Positions 35,878-48,559 are shown, counted from the first letter of the whole stretch. The stretch: DNA of 62,782 nucleotides, filler included, from Nemertoderma westbladi (GCA_032718475.1; 4 parts of 4 records of this genome joined end to end with filler, not necessarily neighbours in it); one strand, 5' to 3'. Notes: a model not told the origin generated them from the letters alone. A program made the numbers and translations.

Positions 35878-36192
35878 TACGAAACGACCGGTTAACCGGG
35901 CCGGGTTTGGGTGCCCCGGATCCGGCAAAAAAAGTCGCCGGGTACCGGGTTTTATTAAATTACATTTTACATTTTCTTACATTTTATATTTATTACCTGT
36001 ACCGGTACTATTAGGCCTACTTTTATTAGGCTATTTATATTATTTTTCAATTTTTTTTTCTTTTTTTTTCTTTTGAATTATCACTTTTTTTCATTTTTTT
36101 TTATCATTTTTGATATCACAAGTTATGACCCGGACCCGGCTTTTTTGAGACTGACCCGGACCCGGCAAAATGTTCAACCCGGTCGTTTACTA
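35878..36192. mobile_element. hAT-like MITE nested in the IS3EU-like element
   Basis: TIR TA(CG/GT)AAACGACCGG; 8-bp TSD GCTGTATA/GCTGTATG; internal ACCCGG repeats. Confidence 0.7.
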
Positions 36193-36310
36193 GCTGTATG
36201 CACAAAATACATGTATGTAAGGTAGGCAGGCAGGCCTACTGTACTACAATCTTTCACTACTATTTCAGTACTCTACTATTGGATAGATATTAATATTCAC
36301 TACTCTACTT

Positions 36311-37939
36311 ATGGATCCCTATGACCCAAATACCCGAAAACTGCTAGGTGAAATGAGTAAGATATTTCATCGACCTTTTGGAAAGGGTTCAGCTGGCGCT
36401 GGTGGCCCTAAGAAACTGAAGCGTTTAAACATTGCGTCATCTACATATAAGCTTACAAGTTTTAATGTCGATGTGTTGTTGTTGCCGGGGTCTCTTTATT
36501 CAGTGGGGAATAATATCCCTAGACAGGGATCCAAAGAATATCTTGTAGACGCAGGATATCTTGTGAACGAAATTAATCTAAACAAAGAAATGACGAAGTG
36601 TCAGATTTTTACTGCACTTATTCGCGAGTTTAACCATAAACTTAAAACAAATATAGCAGCTGAGTCTTGCGACATTTTAGAATCGTGCTATAAGAAACTT
36701 ATTGCTGTGGAGCAACATTTATCTATGGAAAACGAGATAAATGGCCAAACCGTTTATAGCCGCTTCCGGGGATGTGGAAGGAAGTTAATGTACTTTTTAT
36801 GTCTGGATATAGTGGACAGTGGTGAGGCAGGTAAAGATATCGGGAAGTTGGATAGTAGAGGAACAAAGATTGAGATCGCTGGAACGGGGTTGGATAGCGG
36901 TGGTGGTGGCAGCATAGCGGGAATGGAGAGCAGTTGTGTGGAAATAGATAGCGGTGGAGTAGGGATTGATATCGGTGGAATGGGAATGGATAGTGGTGTT
37001 GTGGGAATAGATAGAGTGGGAATGGGAATAGATATTGGTGGAGTGGAAATAGATATCGGTGGAGTGGGAATGGATAGAGTGGGAATGGGAATAGATATTG
37101 GTGGAGTGGGAATAGATATTGGTGGAGTGGGAATGGATAGTGGTGGTGTGGGAGTAGATAGTGGTGAAGTGGGGATAAATTTTGATGCAGCGGGGATGGA
37201 TAGCAGTGGTACAGGGATGGATTCAATTTGTAAACCAACTCTGATTCCTCGCATAATTTGCGATGTATGTGCAAAGTCACGACCTGCCTGTGAGAATCAT
37301 TGTCATAACTGTTTAATGATCGCAGATGTGATAGAGTCTGAAAATGTTAACAATTTCCGTGAGCAGCATCCCAGAAAAAGGCGCCTACCTGTCCGTTATG
37401 TTCGTTCAATAGGAGAGGAATGCCCTGAATCGGATGAATCAGTCGATGAGGCAAATGAATTTAGTAGAGAGGAGATTGCAAATGCAAATAGACGGTCAGT
37501 TTACTTTGCTAACCGGAACCAAGTAGTTGATAGAGATAGTGATATTATCCAGGTACCAGTGATATTGGAACCCCTGGGGTCCAATATGAGAAGCGATCTA
37601 GAAAACCTGTACAACGTATTTAAATCGGATGCAGATAATTTAACAAAAATGTATATATTATTTGAAGTGCCCAGAACACGTGTTGTTGACAGTGTCTACG
37701 ATATCTTAGAAGACAATGATTGCACTACTCCTCTGATAATGACGAAATTTATAGATGAGGAAGCCGTTGATACTGGTGGACCCACACGGGAACTCTTCAG
37801 TTTGTTCTTTACACAGCAGTCTGGAAACATGTTTAGAGGCTCGTATCCAAACTTCGTTTTTCGGCACAACCTTAGCTGCCTGGAAAAGTCAAAGTTTTCT
37901 ATTCCCAAATCTCCTCTTACACGACTAGGCAAGCCATAG
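36311..37939 (+). CDS. Transposon passenger protein: GIDIGGV repeats, CxxC-x10-CxxC zinc ribbon, truncated HECT (G2E3-like) N-lobe
   Basis: FIDEEAVDTGGPTRELFSLF matches the HECT E.A.D.GGP.RE.F motif; the last ~16 aa are antisense transposase sequence beyond the deletion junction (~37888). Confidence 0.72.
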   Translation: MDPYDPNTRKLLGEMSKIFHRPFGKGSAGAGGPKKLKRLNIASSTYKLTSFNVDVLLLPGSLYSVGNNIPRQGSKEYLVDAGYLVNEINLNKEMTKCQIFTALIREFNHKLKTNIAAESCDILESCYKKLIAVEQHLSMENEINGQTVYSRFRGCGRKLMYFLCLDIVDSGEAGKDIGKLDSRGTKIEIAGTGLDSGGGGSIAGMESSCVEIDSGGVGIDIGGMGMDSGVVGIDRVGMGIDIGGVEIDIGGVGMDRVGMGIDIGGVGIDIGGVGMDSGGVGVDSGEVGINFDAAGMDSSGTGMDSICKPTLIPRIICDVCAKSRPACENHCHNCLMIADVIESENVNNFREQHPRKRRLPVRYVRSIGEECPESDESVDEANEFSREEIANANRRSVYFANRNQVVDRDSDIIQVPVILEPLGSNMRSDLENLYNVFKSDADNLTKMYILFEVPRTRVVDSVYDILEDNDCTTPLIMTKFIDEEAVDTGGPTRELFSLFFTQQSGNMFRGSYPNFVFRHNLSCLEKSKFSIPKSPLTRLGKP

Positions 37940-38511
37940 ATATCTACCGCAGAGAGGAAGTTTTGTAAAGCAGTTTGCGATCGATTATTATCGGCGCACA
38001 TCAGAGCCACAACCATTCTGCTGTACCCATCAATAACTCCATGTAATACAAAGCTCCAATTAATCAACTTATGATTGCTATCAACATGCCATAACTCTTT
38101 AGCTCCTTTAACATTGTAAACGCGCCGCTGAATCGCTTTACTTCGTCTCAGTGCTCTTCCAATTGGATCGATAATGTCTAGTCTTTCACGTAGTCTCTGT
38201 CGTTGAACATGTATACCAACTGCCCGTAAACCACCTTTCAAATATACCTCGCCGATATTAGGCGTATTGCTCAATATATGTCGTATAGCTTTATCAAGGT
38301 TGACATTAGCTATATCAGAGTATTTATTATTATTCAGTCCATATTGTTTACAATGCCTTGAAATAGTTCGTTCGCTAACATCCAAAATGCGTGCCGTATC
38401 TCTTCGAGAGAATCCAATATTCTGTAAATAGTGCAACTGCCTCTCCGTAATTTCGTAACGAGGCCTCCCACCGCTGATACCTCCAACCAGTTCTACATTG
38501 GCATCAGCCAT
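37888..38511 (-). pseudogene. Integrase-core (rve/IS3-IS481-like) DDE transposase with N-terminal HTH, truncated before the third catalytic residue
   Basis: GRPRYEIT, TARILDVSERTISR (HTH), RRVYNV, WHVDSNHKL (D1), HGVIDGYSR, RVRGDLGIEN (D2); no downstream E motif. Confidence 0.85.
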
Positions 38512-39199
38512 ACAGCCATAGGCATAGCTGCACACGTGTAGGATAGTGAAGTGAAACGGTAGCAATAGGATGCAGGCTTATGTACTGTACTGCTGTAAAT
38601 ACTGTAATTATTCCAAATACAATGCCATTTTAAATTTCCCGCCATTTCATATTTTAATACTTTCTCGGCCGAGAAAAACTCGGCCGAGAAAAACTCAGCC
38701 GAGAAAAACTCGGCCGAGAAAAACTCGGCCGAGAAAAACTCGGCCGAGAAAAACTCGGCCGAGAAAAACTCGGCAGAGAAAACTCGGCCGAGATCTCGGC
38801 CGAGATCTCGGCCGAGAAAAACTCGGCCGAGAATCTCGGCCGAGAATTTAGATACATCTTAAGTATAATATTTTTTATTGACACATCTTGAGTATAATAT
38901 TTATTCAGATAGTTTTGGCGTAAACGGCGCTTCATACGGGACCGGTAGGCCTACAAATATTTATCAGTTTACCTGATTTCAGTCTATCCGTCTTGTTCTG
39001 TTTGGGTAGAGTTGGTGAAACTTTCCTCAACCTATTATCTGGTTCTGTCCTACTATCCTATTATCTGATGTACGGTACTGTGAAGTGTGAACTGGTTTTC
39101 GCATTATTATTTTGTATTTTATACAGTTGGACAGTGACCTGATTGCCTGGCAGTCCTGAAGTCTGCCTAGCGTTCTATATTACAGACTACTGTATAGCT

Positions 39200-40140
39200 T
39201 CTGTGACACAGAAGCGCAGGTACTCTCACCAGATGGTGAAACTGAGTTTTTCTCAATCCTGGCTGGCGTACTGCAAGGTGACTCATTAGCACCATTACTA
39301 TGTATTTGTAATTGTGCTGGATTACGCAATGAGGACGGCCACAAACGGTGAAGATCTGGGATTCACACTTCTCAAGAACGCAGAAGTAGTAGATATCCGG
39401 CAACTACAGTCACAGACACTAACTTTGCGGATGACATCGCCCTGCTCTCTAATACGCGAGCAGATGCACAGCTTCTACTAAATAAAGTGGAGAGGGCTGC
39501 TAAGGAGGTTGGATTGCATATAAATGCTACAAAGACCGAATTCATGACCTTTAATGTTGATAATAATCAACTAAGGAAGGTCGATGACTTCCAGTACCTT
39601 GGATCATGGATAGAGAGTAGCAAAAAGGACATAGAAGTTAGGAAAGCAAAGGCTTGGACAGCTCTATCAAAAATGGATACCATCTGGAAATCAGAACTCT
39701 CCAGGCACCTGAAGACTAAGTTCTTTCGAGCCACAGTGGAAAGTGTATTTTTATACGGGGGTGAGACCTGGACACTGACTAAATCACTTGAACAACGAAT
39801 TGATGGTTGCTACACAAGACTACTAAGGGCAGCCGAGCTTTATGGTACAATACCACCTGTATCAACCACCCTCCGTGAACGCAGATTAAGATTCAGTGGG
39901 CACTGCTGGCGAAGTAAAGACGAGGTCATACCAGATCTAATTCTCTGGCAACCAACTCATGGAAAGGGTAGTCGTGGACGACCGGCAATAACATATATAG
40001 ATCAACTTGAAAGGGATACTGAACTTGGGAGAAACGAAATTGCGACAACTATGGAGAATCGGGAAGCCTGGAAGGATCTCATTTCCACTGTCCGAGTTCG
40101 CTCGACCTAGTAGTAGTAGTAGTAGTAGTAGTGGTAGTAG
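39200..40140 (+). mobile_element. RTE-like LINE (family B) 3' portion with (TAG)n tail
   Basis: ORF 39487-40110 nearly identical to 17130-17840; the stop codon is the first TAG of the tail. Confidence 0.9.
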
Positions 40141-42490
40141 TACTGTATAGCTTGTGGGATGGGGTAGGCCAAGCCTATTTTGTATTTGATTTGTTATTTA
40201 CTTTAGGTCTATTAAATTTTTATTTATATGTTGAAGCTTTATATTTGATTTATATTTTACTTGTGTATTGACCGGACCCTTATTACCTGAGCTTTTTGTG
40301 ACCGGACCCATAATCTTGTAACATGTCTTAAGTTTCGTTTATTGTTTTGGTTCCCACCACCGCCAACACCTGAACACGCCTCTGTAACCCGGTCCCTTAC
40401 TAATATGCTGCCTGCTCTTTTCTGCCTTTAAATGGCAATGGGTCCGGTCAACGGGTTCTGTCAATTTAGCAAAAGGTCTGTTCAGTAGACTTTGCCCAGT
40501 TAGTTTTTAGTACAAAATTTAGTACAGTCTGACAGTAGTATTCTGTACCTATTACATTTGTAGGTACCCGAATCGTGACTGTGCCAATGTTAGAATTAGG
40601 ACCTACGCCTCAAACGACAGATTTACAGTACCAACGTCAAAATGACTTCCCCTGGAGCAATAGGCTGCCACTGGAGAACCAAAGGCTCGACAGAGTCTTA
40701 TGAGGAATAAATAATGCAGCCTTTTTAACGGAACTTAGCAAACCAACATAAACACCAAAGTAAAACCTCATAAGATAGCATTATATCGAACCCCTTGTCA
40801 AGTAGGCACTCTCCTTTGATCTTTTTTAGGTCGATTTTTAAAGGATTTTTCCAGGAGAATGGCGAAAGCTAGAACGATTCTGTTTGCGCCATCTTATAGA
40901 TGTCCCGAGCGCGCACAGCAGAGAAATATTTGGCAAAAATCTGTTAATTAATTAATTAGTAATTAGCGATTAAAGATTTCTAATTGATTTTTCTCGAAAA
41001 GTATTTGGTTTTTCCCCTAGCAACGGATTTTTTTTTGTTCATCTCGGTAAGATCTAAAAAAAGTTCAGTCATCGCTATGGCCCTCCTATTACTGTTAATT
41101 AGTACTAATTAGCCGAAAACTAATTAGCCTCGTAACTCGAAAACACTAAGAGCTATGAAAAAACGTGACATCACAAAGTTGTTCGGAATTTTATTCTACA
41201 CAAAAAAGTCTCTGGCGCCGATGCCGTATCTCCTACCGTTAATTAGTAATTAACTAATTACCTAATTGGCGGGGGGGCTTTGTCCCCCCCCGCCCCCAAA
41301 TCCTTATTCACAAGGTGTATCAAAGCGGTTTACTATTTTACAAATGATAATTATTCTAAAATCTTTTGAATCGAACTAATTAACGATTTTACTAATTAGT
41401 AAAGTTTCCCAAATTAATTAATAATTTATCCAATCCGGCTGCAATTAATTAAACAGCTGAGTCGTCAGCCTGGTTTGATGAACTTTATGAAATCATAAAG
41501 TCAGTAGGCCTAGTTGCTGTATGCCATTACTGACTAAAACTATATACCAAACACCTCTTGCCGGTAGCTATCTTCACAGTCTGTAGTGAGCACCGGTGCA
41601 GGTATGGTAGGCCTACATGTATGGCATATATAGTGGAGGTTCTTTTGGCAGATAGGCCTAGTCAAAACGTTACATCAGATGCCGTATTTTAGTCAAAACG
41701 TACCCTATCTTCATATAGTTGAGTATTGTCAATACAGGAATATCCAAGTACTCCTGTACTTAGTATACCCATCTGCCCATATACAGTAACTGGCTGACAG
41801 TTACCCTTAGATTGTAGGCTATAGATGATTGACGTTTCTAGCAATGTTCTTAACGTTGGGATTTTACTGGAAGTTATTAATACCATAGTTTACCCCAAAA
41901 AAACTAAAATTACCCAAATCGCACTAAATCAAAATAAATCTTATAACAGCAACACGGGCTATCTGACGATATGGATTAGATCAATGTAGTGGATAGTGAC
42001 CATTGAAGGGCTTCTTATGCATGCAAAGGAAAATATGATCAGACCCAAATCACACAGTCAGACCTGATCTTTTGCTGATCAAATACCGGTAGGTGACTTT
42101 GCTGATATGCAGTAACATTTTACGGTACAATTTGATGCGAAAATGTTTTGGCCAGTACTCTGAACCTTCCATTGGGGTCTCAGGTCACACGCCTACCGTG
42201 GTCACTGTATCTGGCACCTGATTGGCTATAATATTCAAACGCTGAAAACTTACCTAGGCCTTGACAATTAGTGATAAGATTTTATGCGAATATGTTTTGG
42301 ATGGTGTTCTGAATCTCGCGTTGAGGTCCCAAGTCACCCCCATACCGTGGTCATCAGATACGGCGCCTGATTGGCTAATTCTTTGAACGACGATAACTCG
42401 AGTTTGCTTCACTTTGGGATGAAGTTTGAAGGCTAGGAATATTCTCTGGATGATGCCCCAACTCACTGATGATGTTTCATAGCTGTGACG

Positions 42491-42990
42491 ATGAGTTTAA
42501 CTGGAGCATCGACTCTGCATACGAATTATCGAGCATGGCAATGAGTTTAACCACTGCGTCAACTCAGCGTACGAATTATCCTCCGTGTCAATGAGTTTAA
42601 CCGCTGCATCGACGCCGCGTACGAATTATCCTCCGTGGAAATGAGTTTAACCGCTGCGTCGATGCCGTGTACGAATTATCCTCCGTGTAAATGAGTTTAA
42701 CCCCTGCGTCGACGCCGCGTACGAATTATCCTCCGTGAAAATGAGTTTAACCACTGCGACGACACCGCGTACAAACTATCCTCCGCGACAATGAGTTTAA
42801 CCGCTGCGACGACGCCGCGTTTGAATTATTGATCGTGGCAATGAGTTTAACCACTGCGACGACGCCGCATACGAATTATTTATCGTGGAAATGAGTTTAA
42901 CCGCTGCGACGACGCCGCGTACGAATTATTGATCCTGGAAATGAGTTTAAACACTGCATCGACTACACGACACGTACAAATTATTGACTG
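42491..42990. repeat. 50-bp minisatellite, 10 copies (ATGAGTTTAACCGCTGCGTCGACGCCGCGTACGAATTATCCTCCGTGNAA)
   Basis: ATGAGTTTAA recurs exactly every 50 bp from 42491 to 42941. Confidence 0.95.
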
Positions 42991-43905
42991 CGCCTACGAA
43001 TTTTATTGCTGGGACAACTTTACGAATGAAATATTATCCTCGGCCACTAATGCAATAAATTAATATATAGTAATAATTTTTGCATTTTACGTAATTTACG
43101 TTTTGTAATTTTCAACAAATTTAAATTAAATTTATAGTACTGTAATGTTTTTGTTTTGTAATAATTTATTGTAATAAATGCCAATTAATCTCAATTTACT
43201 TCTTAGTTCAACCTCTTACCTAGATATAACTACTAAAGTTAAATAAGAAACACAATTATGTGCTTATCAACCCCGCGGGATATATGTATTGGTTTTTTTT
43301 ATTGGTATTGTTTACACAAATATTTTTTGGTAATTTTTTATTACCGGTATATATATAATTGTTCATTTAATTTTGTGTGTAAACGCTACGCCGACAACCA
43401 CTGCTAACAATGGGAAGTATGAAAATGTATCCTGAGTTCGCGACTCTTGTTTATTGTTTTGGTTAGAATAACCTTCCACTGTAACCCGATCCGATTAATT
43501 TGTTTTAACAATGGTTGTCGGCGTTGGTTGTCGGTTGTCGGCATTTTTACACCCTTTAATTTTGCAGTTGTATATTAACAATGGTTGTCGGCGTTGGTTG
43601 TCAATTGTCGGCGTTTTTACACCCTTTAATTTTGCAGTTGTGTATATTACAACAGGGCGATATCCATTCATTTTAATTTTTTTGTTATAAAACAGTTTTA
43701 ATTAATGCAAAGTAGCAAATGCCACGCTGTTATCCAACAACCACAGCTGAATTTGAAACTGAAACCTGTGCTAATGACTCTCGTTTATTGTTTTGGTTAA
43801 AATGACCTTCCGCTGTAACCTGTTCATTTACACTCATTTATAATTACCATTAATTAGTGCTAATAATGGTTGTTGGTTTTCAGCCTAGCGTTTACACCTT
43901 TGTAA

Positions 43906-44005
43906 NNNNNNNNNNNNNNNNNNNNNNNNNNNNNNNNNNNNNNNNNNNNTTAATTAATTAANNNNNNNNNNNNNNNNNNNNNNNNNNNNNNNNNNNNNNN
44001 NNNNN
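43906..44005. other. Assembly gap with TTAATTAATTAA linker
   Basis: N run with central linker. Confidence 0.97.
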
Positions 44006-44536
44006 ATAGTCAGATACAGACCAGCAGACAGAAGTCATACTTGGCCTTGTTCAGTAGTTGTTAGCTTGTTACGGTATTGCAAAGGTAAAAAAATAAACTG
44101 ATAGGCCTAGTGTCTGAGTGTTGTGAAATATAATATTTAAAACATATACAGTATTAGTTTAAAAGGCTTATACTTAAAAAGGCTACTGGTAGGGTGGTAG
44201 GGGTGCAGTGGGGTGGTATGATCAGATGGTAGACATATAAAACGAAGTACAGAGCTTAAAGAACTTATATTTTTATATTGTTACTTTTTTTCTTGAATAT
44301 GCCATAAAATCGGGAGAAAAAGTAGTAGGCCTACTTCTTTTTCCTACTGGTAGGGATCAAGTTGTCCCCATAATATCTGAATATTGTAACTTTTTGTTGG
44401 GCACAGCTTTTGCAAAGTCGGCAACACAGCAACCTGCAATAATATTGAATAATATTGCCACATAATAATATACCATAGAGCCATAATTTTGCATTGATTT
44501 TACTTTTTCTCCCGGTAAAAAAAGTAAAATAAAACA

Positions 44537-44803
44537 TTGGCAATTGTGTCAAATAGGGGACCCTCCAAGCTCCTAATCTGCTAATCCTGAAATCACCTAA
44601 ACTAAAGTCACTTTCACTAGTGCCCGGTTACAGGGTTAGCAAAGGAGCAGGTTACATACAGAAGTGAGTTGAAAGTAACCAAAAAACAATAAACCAAGAG
44701 TTATGAATATTGATATCACCTGCACTAAATTTCAGGATTAGCTGGTTGATTTCAGGATTAGCAGATTAGGAGGGTCATCTATTTGATTTGACACAAGTGC
44801 CAA
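44537..44803. mobile_element. MITE nested in a copy of the 15.4-kb repeat family
   Basis: TIR TTGGCA.TTGTGTCAAAT...CCTAATCTGCTAATCCTGAAATCA; comparison with the empty site at ~15535 implies a 4-bp TSD (AACA/AATA). Confidence 0.65.
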
Positions 44804-45493
44804 AATATTTTTGGTGGAATTTCTAAAATTTCATTGAATGTGTTGATCAAAATTTTTGATCGAAAGTTGAGCAAAATCCATCCCTACACACTATTGCAAT
44901 GCAAATTTAGTGCCTGTTCCTGTTCCTGTTAGTGCCTGTATTCAATTTAAAAGGATGTATGTATGTATAGTATAAACAAACAGTCATTTAGATTTCTAAA
45001 ACATTTCAAATGTCTTGATAATAAAGCAGAGTCTAAAGACTGTTTAAAAGAATAGCGATTAGTGATGATGATGTTTCTACTGTGTTCCAGGTGCAGCATG
45101 TTCCATTATGTTAATGGCCCTGATAACTGGATAAAGAAGAGGTGATGTATGGAACATGCAGACATGGGAGCATGGGCTGATGGGCGGGGCATGGCCTTTA
45201 GAGTCTCCAGTCGTATAGAATAACTAACAAAAGAATCAAGTCCACATATATTGTATAAACCACGTCAACCTTTGCAGCAACATTTGTCTAGAAATGGGCT
45301 CCAAACTGTGGAAGAATGATGGTACAGTATTCCAATTGACAGATAGAGCAGTAGAGCTAGGGCAGGCGAATATTACATGGCTGTCAGGAGAGGAATGGCT
45401 TCATTTGATGTATAAAGTTTTAAAGAGGACATCAACAACCAGAAAACATATTTTTTTCCGAAGATGTGTGATATGAATGATGAACAGAACATA

Positions 45494-47235
45494 CAGTAAC
45501 GCTTTCAAATAACGTCCTATTGGATCCTAATAGGATCCTAATAGGAACCTAATAGGAAATAAATAACCTTTAGGAAATCACTTGGAATTTGCCTAATGTA
45601 AGTCTACCTAGAGCGGCTAAATATCAAAGCTTAGAAGTGTCTGTCAATCAACCTCCCGGCATAGCTGAACGTAGTAAAGAGAGCCGCTTTGTCTAGTGGT
45701 TGAGTTGTATTTCCCTTCCCCTGACTTATCTTACAACAACAATACTCCCCATAGGCTAAATGTTAAATATGCAAAGAACACACTACTGGCTTTAACTCAA
45801 CATCTGGACACATTAACTACCATAGGCCTATGGTAAAAGGTATCGCCGCTTGTGTAAAATAGGCCCGCCAACACGTTGAGTGGGCCTCAACAAGTAGTTG
45901 GGCTGCTAAGGCGTAATCTGATTTTATTCGGATGTCAAACTTTTAATAATTTTATTTAAATTATTGTGCGAACTTTTTAGATCTGGCGATTTTACCATTT
46001 CCATGGTATAATAAATATAGTTTATAATTAATATTTATATCAATATGCCAAGAGGTTAAGTTTGTTACAAACCACTAAACTCTGTTAATTCCTGTAGGAT
46101 GTTATGTCATTTATTTTTCGTAGTGGTAGCGATACGGATTGTGACATGTTGCGGAATCTGCTTGGACAGTGTAATGTGCTTTGTGGGTGTTATGTTTAAA
46201 TACGGAACTTGTGTGTCTCAGTAAAATATAGCATTCAATATTACAGTTTATCTTCAATATTACAGTTTATCTATGTCGGGAAGGGAGGGGGGGGGGGGGG
46301 GGGGGGCTATAGTCCCTAGCCCTACCTTGGGGACTAATCAATGACTTACTATTGGCCGAACGGATATTTAACTACACAATGAGATACAGCGTGTTAGGCA
46401 GTAAGTGGGCTGCTAATAATTAATAGCCCATATTTATTTTTAAGACTATAATAATAATTGAACACCCAATTATCTACCCCTGTACTCCTCTTACAGCAAG
46501 CAGTGTTTCTATAGTAAGCAGAATGTCAATATGTATAGGAAATGAAAATTTCCCGTGGATAACATACATTTATTTATTCGCCCAGTTTTAACCCCTGTCT
46601 AATTATTAATTAAACTAATAAATGAAAATAAACTAATATTTATTCTATTAATAATTACACAAACATTGTGTTTTACTCTTTATTACTCAAAATATGTTCA
46701 ATAGTAATAAATACAGTGTGTGATCCTACATTTATTTGTAAGTTCAATACGATTTTAAATTATTCCAGAGCCCACCAGCCCACGGACGTTAACTATGTGC
46801 GGATGTGTGTGGATTTCATCTATTAGAGTTTATATTTTAAATATTATTTACGTCAGAGGCTGGCAATACAAGGTACAGTGGAGGAGTGTAATCTTCCATC
46901 GATATCCATACCTCAATGTAATGAACTGAACACTACGCAAACTTTAGGCTGAGTCTAGTCCATTCTATACATATTAATGATTGACAGGATAGAGAAGAAG
47001 TAGATCAGCACAAGCATAGTCTGAGTCAGTCCACCTTCCAGACATCAAAGTAAGCGCCGATTTCCAAGTAAATTCCTAATGAAATCCAAGTCAAATCCTA
47101 AGTGCCTCCAAGTCTGGAATTTGGGCTAAATTTCATTTCCAATTAAATCCAAACTCCAATAGTAGTGAATCAGTGACTTGGATCCTAATAGGATCCTATT
47201 AGGAACCAATACGACGTTATTTGAAAGCGGTACTG
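45494..47235. mobile_element. Non-autonomous Tc1/mariner-type element
   Basis: TA|CAGTA(A/C)CGCTTTCAAATAACGTC.TATTGG... inverted at both ends, |TA TSD; subterminal GGATCCTAATA repeats. Confidence 0.8.
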
Positions 47236-47721
47236 TATGAATGCCAGAATATGTAAACTTCCAAATTCTGGAATTGATTCAACATCCTGACATCTACAAG
47301 ATATAGTAGGCCTTCCTGAGTCTGTGACTGTGCAGCTGTGTGTGCTTGAATCTCGCAACAGTGAGGATTTGGTCTACTTTTTCTTCTTACCAACAGTGCA
47401 ACAGTAAGGCTGTAAGGATAGCGAATTTCTCTAGTCTTCTGCATTTTTCTCACCAATCACTAACGGAGTTAACAATCATTAAAGTTATTAAACATGTCAT
47501 GTCACATTGGTCACTGGTTACACTGGTCGGTCACCCATTATCACCAAGCTCTATAACAGTATAAGCACTAAGCAGCAAAGCCTACTGCTACAACCTACAG
47601 ACCTACTGCTGGCAGGCTGGTGATGTTGTAAAGACTGGCGAAATTTGTAGGATGGCTAAAACGTCTGTCCTTATCTGATCTGATCTGACGGTATCTGACA
47701 CTTGTTCCACCTTGGTTCAGA

Positions 47722-47900
47722 GCGCACCGTGGTGTAGTGGTTATATTGAATTCACATCTCACGGAGGATGTGGGTTCAACCCCGGCATGGGGGCCAAGGT
47801 AGTTTTCGTTTTGGCACGAATGTTTTGAAGGGTTTAGCGAGGCATCTCTGCCTTGCATCCTTAAATGGTAACTAAATGAGTACTGGACTTTCTGCCTATG
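47722..47900 (+). mobile_element. tRNA-derived SINE
   Basis: GTGGTGTAGTGG (A box), GGTTCAACCCC (B box), core ...GCCTTGCATCCTT...TAAATGAGTAC resembling the core at 5420-5460. Confidence 0.6.
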
Positions 47901-48559
47901 TCAGCATGTGAAGTTTCCCCGGTATTCCCCTTAAACCCGGGGAGGGGGGGGTCAATATAATACCTCCCGCTTTGAAACTAATGATACTAACTAAAAGACT
48001 AACTGAAACGAACTAAAGGGAATTCAAATAAAATAAGCTAGAAATTTTAAATTTGTTTTTAGCGGCTGGTGCCAAATTTTTGGTGCCGGTCCATGCAGTC
48101 TGGGAAATTAGCCCTATAGGGAAACTTATTTATTTCCCCCTATAGGGAAATTTGTGTTTCCCTATAGGGAAATTACAGCTTTCCCTATAAGGAAATTATG
48201 CAATATCTTGGTTTTTAATTAATTTTACATTATTTTTATTTAATTTAGACTATACATTTCCTGTAATACTGTTTTAATAATAATGAATAATATTAACTAT
48301 TAAGTGCTATGATTCAAAATATATTGAATAATGAATATTGGTACACTACCTACACTGCAGTCATTTACTTTTAATCAGAGGTTGTCTATTTCCATCAAAA
48401 ACATCACCTTCCCCTTACAATATTCCTTCACCCTTTATGGCAATTCCCTTGTCCTATTGTCTGCTTGCACACACTTCGAAATGGAAGACATTGACTAAAG
48501 ATTACATGATAATAGTCTCAACGAGTATATAATGTGTTGAATTAACCAATCACCAATGT

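Larger units (their letters stand above)
35441..38936. mobile_element. IS3EU-like DNA transposon, internally deleted (3496 bp)
   Basis: Termini TATGAAGCG...CGCTTCATA; 6-bp TSD CGGGAC (35435-35440, 38937-38942); ~220-300-bp TIRs with arrays of palindromic CTCGGCCGAG; rve-type transposase inside. Confidence 0.85.

Noticed and set aside
36723-37280. Pro/His-rich minus-strand ORFs
   Set aside because: Antisense shadows of the 21-bp coding repeat
42491-42990. CRISPR-like array with partly variable units
   Set aside because: The variable parts are homologous to each other, so it is a minisatellite
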